A DNA stretch of 64,000 nt, taken from contig NW_025950341.1 in NCBI RefSeq assembly GCF_021028975.2, forward strand, positions 868,001-932,000. Direction: 5' to 3'. Below the pieces are notes generated by a model. That model was not told the origin of the DNA and made no database searches. It was given only the letters and a program-made list of their open reading frames with translations. This stretch comes from Sphaerodactylus townsendi. Taxonomy: Eukaryota. Of this stretch, positions 25,850 through 37,808 are shown piece after piece (within the stretch, counting starts at the first letter, position 1; every line of letters begins with the position of its first letter). A program made the position numbers and the translations under genes.

Positions 25850-27314
25850 ATCTAGGCTATGACAAAATAAGCATGCATTAACATAGAAAATTGGGAGAGG
25901 GGGGTGGGCAAATTGTCAGCCAGCGAGCACATGGCCCGGACAAAGGAGGACGAGCTGTTTTAAAGTCTCGGCTCGCCCCTCCTTTCTTTCGGTGCCGCTA
26001 GCCCTTTTCTAGCGTGGCTCTTCTTCCCCTTCTGCCCTTACCAGGGCGGCATCAGCTGGTCTCGCTTTCCCCACCCCACGCAGCAACCGTGCCTTGTGGT
26101 GATTCACAGGCGTCTTTATTATAGAGAGAAAGGACTTAAAACTTTTCATCCTATTAAGCAGTCCAGTAAACTGTGTGCAACTAGCCTGAATGTATTTTTA
26201 TCCAGGTTTGCCAGTATAAAATATATGGCCAAGTGTATGTTCTATTGCTAGACATTTTAGTAAATCTTCAAATAGTCAAAAGCTGCAAAAATGCAGATAT
26301 TCAGCATCTCTCTTTCTCTCTCTCTGCTCTCACTAGGCTCAATATTAAAGATAACCTCCATGTGCCTTCTGGAATACCCCTGTTACAAATATCATCCTTG
26401 GGTTTGGAAGTCTCATGAAGCATTTCCATTGACAGAAGGGATTTCCATTAGTGGACTTAGACTTCCTCCTTCTGTGGCAGACCACAATGCTCCTTGAACT
26501 GCTGTTGCTGGGGTACAGGGGGCTCCCCAAGAAATAGAAGGAAGGGGGATCCAGAAGTCCAAGTTGGGAAAGGGGAAAATAGCAAAGATCACTCTACCTT
26601 CCATTTATGGAAATCTCTCACATGAATCAACCCCTAATATTGACATTTATTAGCAAAGTAAAGATTATCATGCCAGAATATTGTTGTGGGTATCCCAGGA
26701 ATGTGACTGTTTTCCAGTGGTGTTGGAAACACTGTTCAGCAGACTTGCCAAAGACCAGGGGACAAAATTGTTTAAAAAATTCCCTATGAGGAAATTTTAG
26801 CTTGGGACTGTATCGTTTAGGTCACATACCAGATTGGGGCCTATAATATGAGCCCTTATAATTATTGGATAGAATGGATACAAGTGTCTCCCTATTCATT
26901 ACGGTTCTTTTTAAACTCTAAAGCCGGACTGCCTGAATGCTGGCTTTAATATAGGTTCAGTGATGATGAACAGAAATGGACTCTCAGTGAAAGCACCAGG
27001 CTGATTATGAGACCCAGATGTCATCAAGAGCTGTGTGTGCTGTGGAATTCACAAGAACACAAAATAGAAGCGGATAACGATATATGCCTTTCCTGTACAG
27101 ACAATGAGTGAGTCAGAATAGCCAAGATAAAGAAAATGCTGTATGCATATTATCTAACCTCATACATCTTTTTTTTTAATTATGAAAAATTTGAGTAATA
27201 AGGGGTTTCATTCTGAGAAAGATGCTATACTCTGTTCAACATAAAGAACAATGGGCGATCTGTGTTCCCTAGAGGAAGTGAAAAAATCCTGTTTCTGCTG
27301 GGGAAAATAGTACC

Positions 27315-27641
27315 GATTCTCTTTTAGCCTTAGAGCATCGTACTTAAGCGCCTCTTTCATCAAAACAATTATTGCCTGCAGTATCGAACACAGAACTTTG
27401 AAATAAGATCTTTTGAAATAAGATCATTTATATTGCCCTGGATGGCTTTTAGCAAGATTTGCCTGTTTGTAAAGTTGCGCCTGCTAGCGGGCACAACTTT
27501 ACAAACAGGCAAGTCTTGCTAAAAGCCGTCCTGGGCAATATAAATGATCTTATTTCAAAGTTCTGTGTTTGAAACTGCAGGCAATAATGGTTTTGACAAA
27601 AGAGGTGCTTAAATACAATTTTCTAAAGCTAAAGGAGAATC
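27315..27641. repeat. Long spacer-less palindrome (~160-bp arms)
   Basis: Arms GATTCTC...AAAGTTGCGCCTGCT and AGCGGGCACAACTTT...GAGAATC; axis between 27485 and 27486. Confidence 0.95.
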
Positions 27642-28209
27642 AGAAAGGGGGAAGGTAGGCACTAGGATCTGACAGAGCATTTGTCCACAGCAAAGTTCTA
27701 GGAAGATGTGGCGGTTTAAAACACACATCTCCTTAGATCTTTATGTTAGAGTAATGTTGTTCCTTAGGGGAATGGCTAAGAAAAAATGGGAGAACATCTG
27801 CAAAGGTAAACTAGTTGTAGCATTTGAGCATTTGTAGCATTTGAGGTACCATCCATGATCAACAAGTGCCAAAAAGAACACAGTGGACTGAAGCCTTTCT
27901 CAACAATTCTTTTGTTGCAGTAATTCTGGGGAAAAGGAATTGGAACACACCCAAACTACAGGACTGTTAAAAACGTCTTTTGAAATGAAAAAGGCTTCAC
28001 TTTTAACTAGGTGGACTGGAACAGATTGGGGATGGAATTAGATTTTGGCACTATGCAACCAGCTAAACAGTTTTTTCGTACTCACACACACACACACCCG
28101 AGCATCAGATTTTTGAAAACAGCCTGTAAGCAAACAAGCAATCCCTACAAATATTGTTAGATCAGCCAATTTCGCTGTTGTGTTCTAATATCCACCAGGA
28201 GCATTTGGA

Positions 28210-28400
28210 TACATGAAGTTGCCTTACTTAGTCATACTTAGTCAGACCAATGCCAACTCCATCTGGTAGGATTTCTTCAGGGCTTTAGACTAAGGTCTTT
28301 CATATCAGCTATTGCCTGATTATTTCAGCTGAGAGAGCTGGTGACTGAACTGGGACATTCTGCATGTTAGGCAGATGCTACGCCACTCAGCCATGTCCCC
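28210..28400 (-). mobile_element. tRNA-headed SINE with CR1-like 3' part, degenerate
   Basis: Reverse complement GGGGACATGGCTGAGTGGCGTAGCATCTGCC...GCAGAATGTCCCAGTTCAGTC (A/B boxes); a similar head fragment lies at ~63863-63905(+). Confidence 0.6.
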
Positions 28401-29377
28401 ATCTCACCATTATACATTTCTTGATGCGTCTTTAAGGGCAGCTCCTCAGAAATCTCACACATGTTGGGGGAGGACAAGATATGAATAGAATATTATGTGG
28501 AGCATTAAGAGTTACATTAATTTTTTCAATTGAATGTTAGGACAGGAAATTAGTACAGGAAGTAAAAAAATTACAACAAAGTATTTTATGCATATGTTAT
28601 AAAATTTATGCCTCCACCTTTGTTCACTTGTTTCCAAAGGGAGAATTTTTCACAGCAGGACTCAGTTGCTTAATTAGCACAGAATAATTAGAACTCACTG
28701 CAGAGAGCTATTCAAAGGTTCAGCATCAGTTGCATTGGAGAAACGTAGAGCTACATTTAAAAGAATGATACAGTTCAACACAGAGAAATCTGCAGGTAGA
28801 TCAGTCAAGGTATTTCAGACCACCTTTGAAAAAACAAACTCTTTTGATTGAAGAAAGCATCTTCATTAATTAGAAATTGACCAATATGTTATTAAATTTC
28901 ATCTCATGTTGGTTCTGAAGATCACCTAGGGCTGGCTCACACATCACTGGATATGCAGGATTTGATAACATTCAACTAAATGCATAAATTAATCCTGTGG
29001 TTACCTAGAAGGTGAAGCTAGAGTTCATCCCAGAGGCATATCTAGGGGAAATGGGGCATGGGGCAAAATCTGAGTTACCTGCTGCGCCCACCCCACCCCC
29101 ACCTCCGTCCACCATATGGGTGGCTGCTCTTCTCCACCACGACCAAACAACTTTTTTTGCACTAGGTCATCTCAGTGCAAAGACAAAGACAAAAGGACAT
29201 ATGACTAAGCAGCTGCAACCCTGCCTTGAGCATTCTCCTTTCACCTTTGAGTAGATAAAATTAATTTGTTAGAAATGTTTTACATTTCCCTGTTCTGCTG
29301 CCATTTTAGGGCAGGCACAATCTCACTTGTCTAAGACCTGGTCTCCACCTGCTATATAATCAGGTGGTAATCAGGTG

Positions 29378-29578
29378 GTGTCCTGACCCAGGCTAGCCTG
29401 ATTTCATCAGTCCTCAGAAGCTAAGTAATGTTGGCCCTGGTGAGTATTTGATGGGCACCTTCCAAGAAACACGAGGATCATGACACAGAGGCAGTCAAAA
29501 GGCAAACGACCTTCAAATGCCTTTTCCCTTGAAAATCCCACCAGAGGTCACCATAACTCAGCTGTGACTCAAAAGTGT
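29378..29578 (+). mobile_element. 5S rRNA-headed SINE with RTE/Sauria-type tail
   Basis: GCCTGAT.TC.TCAG..CTCAGAAGCTAAG...GCCCTGGTGAGTATTTGATGGG is 5S-like; tail GGTCACCATAACTCAGCTGTGACT. Confidence 0.75.
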
Positions 29579-29916
29579 ACTTGTGTGCATGCACAGAGAG
29601 AGAGGGGGGGAGGGAGGGCGGGCGGGAGAAAGAGAGAGAGAGAGTCCTGAGGTGATGGCATGGACTCTATCCTTTCAAACTATAAATGAACTATAATTTT
29701 TAAAAAGTTCCCTTACACTGTGAATGGAAAGCTAGAACAGCATGCAAATACAGAGGATAGAAGCTCTCTTCCTGATCGGCTTATTTTTAAGGAAGTTTTG
29801 AAAAGAGGGACATTAAAACTGTGACTCTCCCTACCTGCATTATAAAATGATACAGCCTATTTAGCCACTGTAGGATAACAGAAGCTCATTCTCTTGCATT
29901 TGTAGATAACACCAAC

Positions 29917-30409
29917 CAGTTGCTGTCCGGACGCGAGCCCCAGCGCTGCGCCTGGACTGGGGGGAAATGGTGCCCGGGGCAAAATAGCACCCAGGCTGCA
30001 GCACCCAGCAGTGCCCCGTGGCACCCCATGCCCTCCCCACATGCCCTCACACACCCCTCCACTTACCTGAGTTCAGCTAGCTGCAAAAAGCAGCCAGCTG
30101 AAAAAGCAGCCTGTTGGGAACTATACTTCCCAGGAGACCTCGTGAGCCCCAGTTCCTGCAGAGGCTTCCTGGGGGGGGGTGCAGTGCAGCCAGCTGAACT
30201 CAGATAAGTGAGGGGTGGGGGCACCATGAGCAAAGACCCAGCCACTTCCAGAAAGGAGGAGGGGTGTGGCTGGGCCTTGGCATGACGTGTGTACACCTCC
30301 CAAGCAGGCCTTGGCCCGGGTGGCACACGCACGTCCACCCCCCACATGACTCCGACGGGGGTGCCTGTGGCATTTGTCCCCAGATGTTCCCATGGCAGCT
30401 ACACCACTG
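29917..30409. mobile_element. hAT (Tip100-like) MITE
   Basis: Right TIR AGCTACACCACTG; left starts CAGTTG; TSD ACACCAAC/ACACCAGC (7/8); internal hairpin 30055-30215. Confidence 0.75.
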
Positions 30410-30484
30410 ACACCAGCATATACAGTTTAAAGGTCTTTTGACAGAGCTAAAAATTGGACTGGGGACTTCTCTGTGTAAAGCTGA

Positions 30485-31014
30485 GGCTGTTTCCGCAACG
30501 GCGGAATACAGCATCCCAGGGACACTAAAAACAGCGTCTCTGGGGAGGGGTTCACACGGCCCCCACTGCTGCATCACAGCAGTGGTGGCCTCGCAACCCC
30601 CGAGCAGTGCAAAGCCGCTGTCTGCGAACCTCGCTCCCTGAGTGAGGTATTTCGGAAATAGTGGCTTCCAACCGCTGCCGTGTGAACGGCAGCGGCTGGA
30701 AGGCACCATTTCCCCTCCCTTTTCCCCTACCTTGTCTCCTGGCTTCTGGCTCGTCGCAGGGGCCAGGGGACACGCCCCCCTGGCCTGCGACTCCAGAGCT
30801 GTCACTCCAGGCTGCAGGGGCATGTTCCCTGGCTTCTGTGATGAGCTGGAAGCCAGGAGACAAGGTAGGCATTCGGTGACGGTGCACCCTGTGTGAAGTC
30901 TGTGCCACTGTCAGCTGCCCTCCTGGGACCGTCCATGCGAACGGTCCCGGGGGGGGGTGCATCGGCATTGTTTATGCCAACGCACCCCTGCACCGTTGCG
31001 GTACGGAAAGGGCC
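30485..31014. mobile_element. PIF/Harbinger-like MITE
   Basis: TIR GGCTGTTTCCG ... CGGAAAGGGCC; 3-bp TSD TGA on both sides; internal hairpin 30726-30869. Confidence 0.88.
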
Positions 31015-33818
31015 TGAGTTTCTCAGTCACTAATATACATGTATAGGGCATCTGACATATTTTTTTAAAAAATCACTTGACAAAGACACTTCAAACTTCA
31101 CGATTATTTTTCACTGCAAAAAAAACTAATTTCAGTTCAGCCATAGACACAGGAGTATGGACAAATACTTTGTTGAAATTGGTGAAAGCTTTACTTGTTC
31201 ACTTTGCTAACTTTTTACTGTCTGTTAAAAGAAAAAAAGTATGTGATCAGACTAGATATAAGACAGGAAGGGTACTCATAAATGATGAAGAAAACAACAT
31301 ACAGGACTTGCTTCATTGATCAGAGAAAACCTCATAAAGTTTTCAATGCTATTAACTGAGGAAAAGGAAGGAGGGATCAGATTCTAGTGCAAACTTCTTA
31401 AAAATGTAGTTTATATTGGTCCAACTATTCCATCAGAGCAGTATCAAGGGATTTGAACAGGTGTAATTGACACTGGAGACTGACTTACAGTAAACCCTGT
31501 GAAATAATTAAATGGCTGGAACAATTTCCTTAAGCCACCGTGGTCCAGTATTACATCCTGAACTGCCCTATTTAGGATCACTTGCAACGGACAGAGATTT
31601 CTACCATGCATAAAATGAATTAGATTCCAGACAGCTTTCTGCTTTATGGACTCTGGTTTCAATCATTTTTCTCCTTTAAATGTATTGTGGGTACTACCAA
31701 TATAACCCTCTGCTAACTTGAAAGAGAAAAATAGAATAGAATAGAACAGAACAGAGCTTTTATGTGCTCTTGTCCTTGGAAGAAGCTTGCCAAAGAAAAT
31801 AGTAAAAAAAAAAAACCTCATGAGGGGAGAAACAAGGAGAGTGGGAGGTAACCTGAGAGACAAGGCAAATGCCCAATTTTACTCACACTAAGGAGAAATT
31901 GAAAGCCTAGAGAGAAGGGACTGTGGGTGAGATTATCAAGTGGATTTGTAAGTATGCACTAATGGGTTGGTCGATACCCAAAAAATTCGGTAAAATTCAG
32001 ATTTGGGTTGTTTTGGGGCATAAAATGATCTGTATGCCCGAATCCGACTCATAGCCGATTCGGATATGCCCGAAAATTCGGGTAAATCCGAAAAATTTGG
32101 GTCCGTTTTAATTTTTTTGTAATTTTTGGGTGTTTTTACACGTTTTGGCCTACAGGGGGCGCATTTTTAAAGCGGCACCAAACTTTCAGGGTATCATCTG
32201 GAGACAGTCCTTATGATTCTCTCCCAAGTTTGGAGAAGTTTGGATCAGGGGTGCAAAGTTATTAACCCCCCAAAAGGGTGCCCCTATCCCCCCCCATTGT
32301 TTCCAATGGCAGCTAAGGAGATGGTAGCTACCTCTTTGAAAGTCCATAACTTCTGGCCTTAACAATGAACCAAACTGCACTTCAAACTTGGGGGGATGTC
32401 ATCAGGACAGGTCCCCAGATGATGTTCCTGAAATTTTGGTGCCGATATGTCTAAAAATGCACTCCCCTGCAGGCACCTCCAGGTCAGATTCTTGGTTCTG
32501 CAGTGACTAAGCTGGGACATTGCTGTCAATGTGGAATTTCTTGTTGAGGGCTGTGGGGTGCACATGTCTGAATGCACAAGCCAATAAACTTCCATGGTAT
32601 CTTCAGAAGGATCTCTGGATGACACCATCCAGGTTTGGGGAACTTTGCTTCAGGGGGCAGTGGGAGATGAGCCCTACCCTTTTTGGTTCCCATAGACTTA
32701 AACCCCCTGAAGCAAAGTTCCCCAAACCTGGATAGTGTCATCCAGAGACTCTTCTGAAGATAAATTTCCTGAAAGTTTTGTGACTGTACATTCAGACATG
32801 TGGCACCCCACAGCCCTCCAACAGAAATTCCACATTGAAAACAACAATGCAGCTTAAGTCACTGCAGAACAAAGAATTTTGGGAAATTTCTAAGGGTGCC
32901 TGCAGGGGCACATTTGTAGACATATCAGCATCAGCATTTAAGGGTATCATCAGAAGATCGTCCTTGATGACACTCTCAATTGTTTAGAGCTGATGGGGGC
33001 CAAAGTTATGAACTCTCAAAGAGGTAGCCCCTATCTTCCATTAGCTCCCCACTGGAAACAACAATGGGGATGGGCCACCCCTTTGGGAGTCCATAACTTT
33101 GGCCCCCATGAACCAAACTGCACCAAATCCTTGGGTGGTGTCATAAGAATAGTCTCCCTGATGATACCCCTGAAATTTTGGTGCTTATAAAATTCCGCCT
33201 TGCATGCTTCCACCGCTCCTGCAGCATACGAAGCCTGCTGGAGTGAGTGAGTGGTGAAACACACAAAACCAGCATTTTTAAAGTTTCAGTAGCGCTCCAT
33301 ATTTCAGGTATCGAATGTAGAGACTGTCCTGATGATAGTCTCCCAAGTTTCGGTGCAGTTTTTGAGGGTCCATCACTTTGGCCCCCCTTATCCAAACTGC
33401 ACTAAACTTGGGTCTTAGAGATATCATCAGGACAGTCTTCCCTGGATGATATCCTGGAAATTTTGGTGCCGAGCATGTCTAAAAAAATGCACCCCCCTGC
33501 AGGTACCCCTCAGAAATTTCAAGCAGATTTTTGGGCCACCGCGTGCCATGGAGCATGGGAGGAGTGATCCTTGTTGCAGTCCAAACATGTGTCTAAGGCT
33601 CCTTGCGCCAGGATGTAATCAATTGTGTTTCTTTAGGGTTAAGAAGTTACCGAAAAAATCATGTGGATCCATGCGGATCCATGCTTTTAACCATGTTTTG
33701 TGCCACTGCAGTTCCACGGAGCATGTGGGATCCATGATTGTTTTGTGCATACATATGTCTTCAAGGTCTTTTGCTATGAAGTGGTGCAGTGGTTTTGGGG
33801 TGCACTTTAGTGGCTTAA

Positions 33819-34245
33819 ATCCTGAGGATCCTTGAACATCTCTGTGGTTTTAGTGCAGGTGGTTTTGCACCATTGGTGCGCCAGGGAGCATGTGGTGAGT
33901 GATTATTTCTTTGGTCAGACATGTGGGCTAAGGGCTGGAGCTGTGATGTGTTGGTGGTTTTGTGGTAATTTAGTGCAAAAATCCTGTGGATCCTTGAACA
34001 TCCCTGTTATTTAGGTAGGTTTTGCACCACTGGTGCGCCAGGAGCATGTGCTGAGTGATTGTTTTGGTCAATGACATGTGGCTAAGGGCTGGAGCTGTGA
34101 TGTGTTGGTGGTTTTGTGGTAACTTAGTGCAAAAAAAAAAATCCTGTGGATCCTTGAACATCCCTGTTTTAGTTAGGTTTTTGCTTGCCACTGGTGCGCC
34201 AGGGAGCATGTGCTGAGTGGATTGTTTTGGTCAGACATGTGGCTT
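33819..34245. repeat. ~160-bp tandem repeat, ~2.6 copies
   Basis: GGATCCTTGAACATC at 33826, 33988, 34148. Confidence 0.9.
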
Positions 34246-34599
34246 GAGCTTTAAGGCTTGTAAAAGTTTTTTAAAAACCCAATGCAAATCTCTCCCTCTT
34301 TTTTTTTCTCAGTTGATGGTTGAGGGTCGAATGTAAACAAAACTCTTCCAAAGTCTCCCAGTGCACCAGCTGAGAGATAGGTGGATTTGCAGGGTTTTTT
34401 TTTTTTAAAAAAAAAAACTTTTTTACAAATCCTTGTGAGTAGGCTGGAGAGGGATGGATTGGTGCAACTCTGCTAACTCCAGTTGCTTCATGAGGCTTTG
34501 TAAATGTTTAAAAAAACTGGCAAATCTCACTTCTTTTCTCTCAAGTTGAGTGGCATCGGGCTTTGGAAAAGTTTTGGTTTTACATTTCCCAAGCCCCGT

Positions 34600-34896
34600 G
34601 CAGCAGCGAGTGTGTGAGTCTTTCTTTTTCTTTTTCTGTTTTTTTGCTGGACTGGGAGGAAGGAGGACGGGGGAAGCCCCTCGTTTGTGTGTGTGCGCTT
34701 CTGTGTTATATCTTCGCAAGCGTTACAGGGGTGAGTCTTTAAAACTTTTTTTAATTGAACTGGAGGCGAGGACGGGGCCCTGGTTGTGTGTGTGTGTGTG
34801 TGTGTGTGCTTGTGTTATATTCGTGGCAGCAGCAGCAGGGGTGAGTCTTTTTAAATCTTTTTTTTTGCTGGACTGGGAGGAAGGAGGACGGGGAAG

Positions 34897-34937
<41 letters not shown>

Positions 34938-35108
34938 CCCTCGTGCAGTGTGCGAGTCTTTTTAAATCTGCTGAACTGGGAGTGAAGGAGGACGGGAAGC
35001 CTCGTGTGTGTGTGTGTGTGTGTGTGTTATACTCGTGGGCAGTGCGGGTGAGTCTTTTTAAAACTTTTTTTTACTGAACTGGGAGGAAGGAGGACGGGGA
35101 AGCCTCGG

Positions 35109-35141
<33 letters not shown>

Positions 35142-35218
35142 ATTCATGGCAGCAGCAGCAGGGGTGAGTCTTTTTAAAACTTTTTTTTGCTGAACTGGGA
35201 GGAAGGAGGACGGGGAAG

Positions 35219-35283
<65 letters not shown>

Positions 35284-35400
35284 CGTGGCAGCTGCAGCGG
35301 GGGTGAGTCTTTTTAAATCTTTTTTTTGCTGGACTGGGAGGGAGGGGGACGGAGAAGCCTGGGGCGTTGTTGAGTCTTTTTTTTGGACTGGGAGGGAGTG
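34600..35400. repeat. Compound minisatellite with an embedded (GT)n tract in most units
   Basis: About 7 units of GTGAGTCTTT...ACTGGGAGGAAGGAGGACGGGGAAGCCTC(GT)n...GTGGCAG. Confidence 0.92.
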
Positions 35401-35621
35401 GGAGGGAGAAGGGAAAGCCTGCAGTGCTTTTTATTTAGTGGGGCCAAAGCCCGAATATGCAGGGTGCCGATCCGAATTCCAGGCATTCGGATCGGCCCAG
35501 ATTTGGACTTCAAACATTCGGGTTCCATGTGACCCGAATTTGTCCGAATTGGCCAGATTCGGACCGAATCTGAGATTCGGTTTACTCGAATCTCCAACCC
35601 TATGCAGCACTATAAAATCTG

Positions 35622-35715
35622 TTTTGGTTTGCTGTCAAGTTACAGCCCACTTATGGTGACCTCATGGGGTTTTCAAGGTAAGAGATGTTCAGAAATAGCT
35701 TGCCATTGCCTGCCT
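35622..35715 (-). mobile_element. RTE/Sauria-type SINE tail fragment
   Basis: GCTGTCAAGTTACAGCCCACTTATGGTGACC...TTGCCATTGCCTGCC. Confidence 0.65.
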
Positions 35716-35739
35716 TGAGATATCCTTTACCATTGTATA

Positions 35740-35788
35740 GTGTGTGTGTGTGTGTGTGTGTGTGCGTGTGTGTGTGTATGTGTGTGTG
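35740..35788. repeat. (GT)n microsatellite (tail of the adjacent minus-strand SINE)
   Basis: Direct reading. Confidence 0.9.
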
Positions 35789-35789
35789 A

Positions 35790-35993
35790 GTCAAAGAGGC
35801 CCTCAAGTTGCAGCCAACTTATGGCAACCCAGTAAGATTTTCAAAGCAAGAGACTAACAGCAGTGGTATATAATGCCTTTTCTTTTGCATTCCTCGGGTA
35901 TTTCTTGGTGGTTTCCCATTGAAATACTAGCCAAGACCAACCTTCTCAGCTTCTGACAAGATCAGGCTAACCTGAATCATCCAGTTCAGGGCG
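35790..35993 (-). mobile_element. 5S rRNA-headed SINE
   Basis: Reverse complement GCCCTGAACTGGATG...AGCCTGATCTTGTCAGAAGCTGAG...CTAGTATTTCAATGGGAAACCACCAAG. Confidence 0.75.
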
Positions 35994-37808
35994 CTGTTGT
36001 ATATTATCAGGGATGCAAACTTTAAGAGGTTTAACTGATAAAGTAACCCACTGTCTTGCTTTATGTTTACAAAAAAATGCTTCCTACAATGCCTGAATAA
36101 CAAGAAAAGGTCCAAATAATGTGGGAAGAGCCTGTGCTATGGCTACCCCCAATTTGGAGGGTGATTCTGTCTTCTCTTGTACAGGAAATTGCTAGAAACT
36201 CCCACAGGGTGTTTGGGCTTCCAATGTTCATCCCTCATGTGGCTAGGAAGTACATAATATAGAAATATGCTTAATCTAAGCAGGGAATGGTTCTACGCTA
36301 TGTTGTGATGGAAAACATCCTGAACTTGAGCTGCCTTGAGCTCCCTGATGGGAAAAAGATAAGATACTAGTGTAATAAATAAATAACTACTATTTTCATA
36401 AATATAGAGGTTCTCACACCATACAGGTAACATGAGAAAGATTTCCAGCGCTTAAGTTGATTGATCAAAAGGGGGCAAAGTTTTAATAACTAGAACTAGG
36501 TACAAGTGTTCTTTTGAGGCTGCAATGCATTATTACAGGGCATGAAAATCTTAAGGATGGCCTTGTGTTGTACTAAAGAGACAAAGCTTTCCTTTTTTAA
36601 ATTGCAAGACCCTTTACACTGCCTTTCAGTGTCTCAGAAAGTACAATCCATTCAGAGTTACTCCACTCTAAGCCTGCTGGGAAAAATGGACTTAGACTAT
36701 AGTAGCCTCTACATTCAATTGTACTGTTAAGTTATAAATATACTACACACTCTTGAGCTGCTGGGAAGCAGCTCTCTTGGTACATGTGCCCTTCATATTT
36801 GTAAGTCTGCACCTTCTCAGAAATTTATAATTTCCATTATGGCAAACACTGGCTTATGCAGAGCAGAAGTGACTTAATGTATATAAACATTTCATTGGGT
36901 CCTAAGCTGTACAACTACAGCAAAAACACAAGATCCTTTCAATGATGCACACAGTTTCACATCTGTAGCATTTTCATGGTGCAACAACATTTAACATTTA
37001 AAAAACCCAACTGCACAAACATTTCATATTCACTGGAAAATGGATCGATATATGTGCTGTTTATACTCCCTGAAACATATCTACATCATGCTAATAATTA
37101 GGGAAGATAAGTGGGATTACTAGAGAGCCTGAAAAAAGCAAGTCAACCATATCGAAGACAGCATTTGGCCTTCAGTGCCTTTCATATCTACTAAAATTGT
37201 TCATACATTGTGGAGAAGTACGGTAATCAAAACTTAATGAACTATGGTTTTTTTATTTTTCCAGTATAACATTTTAGCATATTAAATGCAACCTTTTAAA
37301 ACAAAAAAGATAAGGGATCTCATAAACTACTTTTCCATATTTGAAAATACACTGGTACATAATATATTGGAATGTTTATTTATTTATTTGCTTCATTTAT
37401 AACCCCTATCTTTCTCCCTCAAAGGGGACAGAAAGTGATGTACATAATTTTTCTCTTCTCCATTATATCCTCTCAGTTAGTATCTGGAGGTAAACTGGCA
37501 GCAAGCTCCACTGGCACCATACCAGTGTAACCCCTATGCTGGGATAGATTTTGGTGCCATGGGTGGAGTGTGCCATGGGTGGAGTGGATCTTTGGTTTCC
37601 TAATCCCCTCCAACCCTGAAGCTGAAGCAACAATGTACAACCAAAAACCTGGGAGCTGGGTCATTCCATAGGGGTCCATGCAAGGAGGGGAAAAGCAAGT
37701 ACCACCACCCAATCCCACACCCTCAAAGTATCCTCTGGAGCTATGGTAATTAAATAGACCAATTTATGTAAAGCAAACATTCCTTGCAAGTTATTTCCTA
37801 TTTACACC

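Larger units (their letters stand above)
31960..35602. mobile_element. Large non-autonomous DNA transposon (hAT-like termini) with internal fold-backs and minisatellites
   Basis: Ends TAATGGGTTGG ... CCAACCCTA; both subterminal regions (31977-32100, 35450-35590) are dense in CCGAA/TTCGG motifs; no transposase ORF; TSD only partial (GCAC shared). Confidence 0.75.

Noticed and set aside
25422-26110. CpG-island gene promoter
   Set aside because: Most CpGs lie within a TSD-bounded young hAT MITE; the remainder is short and may be repeat-derived
30200-30823. 207-aa ORF, the longest in the window
   Set aside because: Runs across two unrelated GC-rich MITEs; stop-poor by composition
34600-35400. 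CRISPR-like repeat-spacer array
   Set aside because: The variable parts are (GT)n tracts, not unique spacers; vertebrate context and no cas genes
34550-35659. Cys-Val-rich ORFs (175 and 144 aa)
   Set aside because: Translation of GT microsatellites
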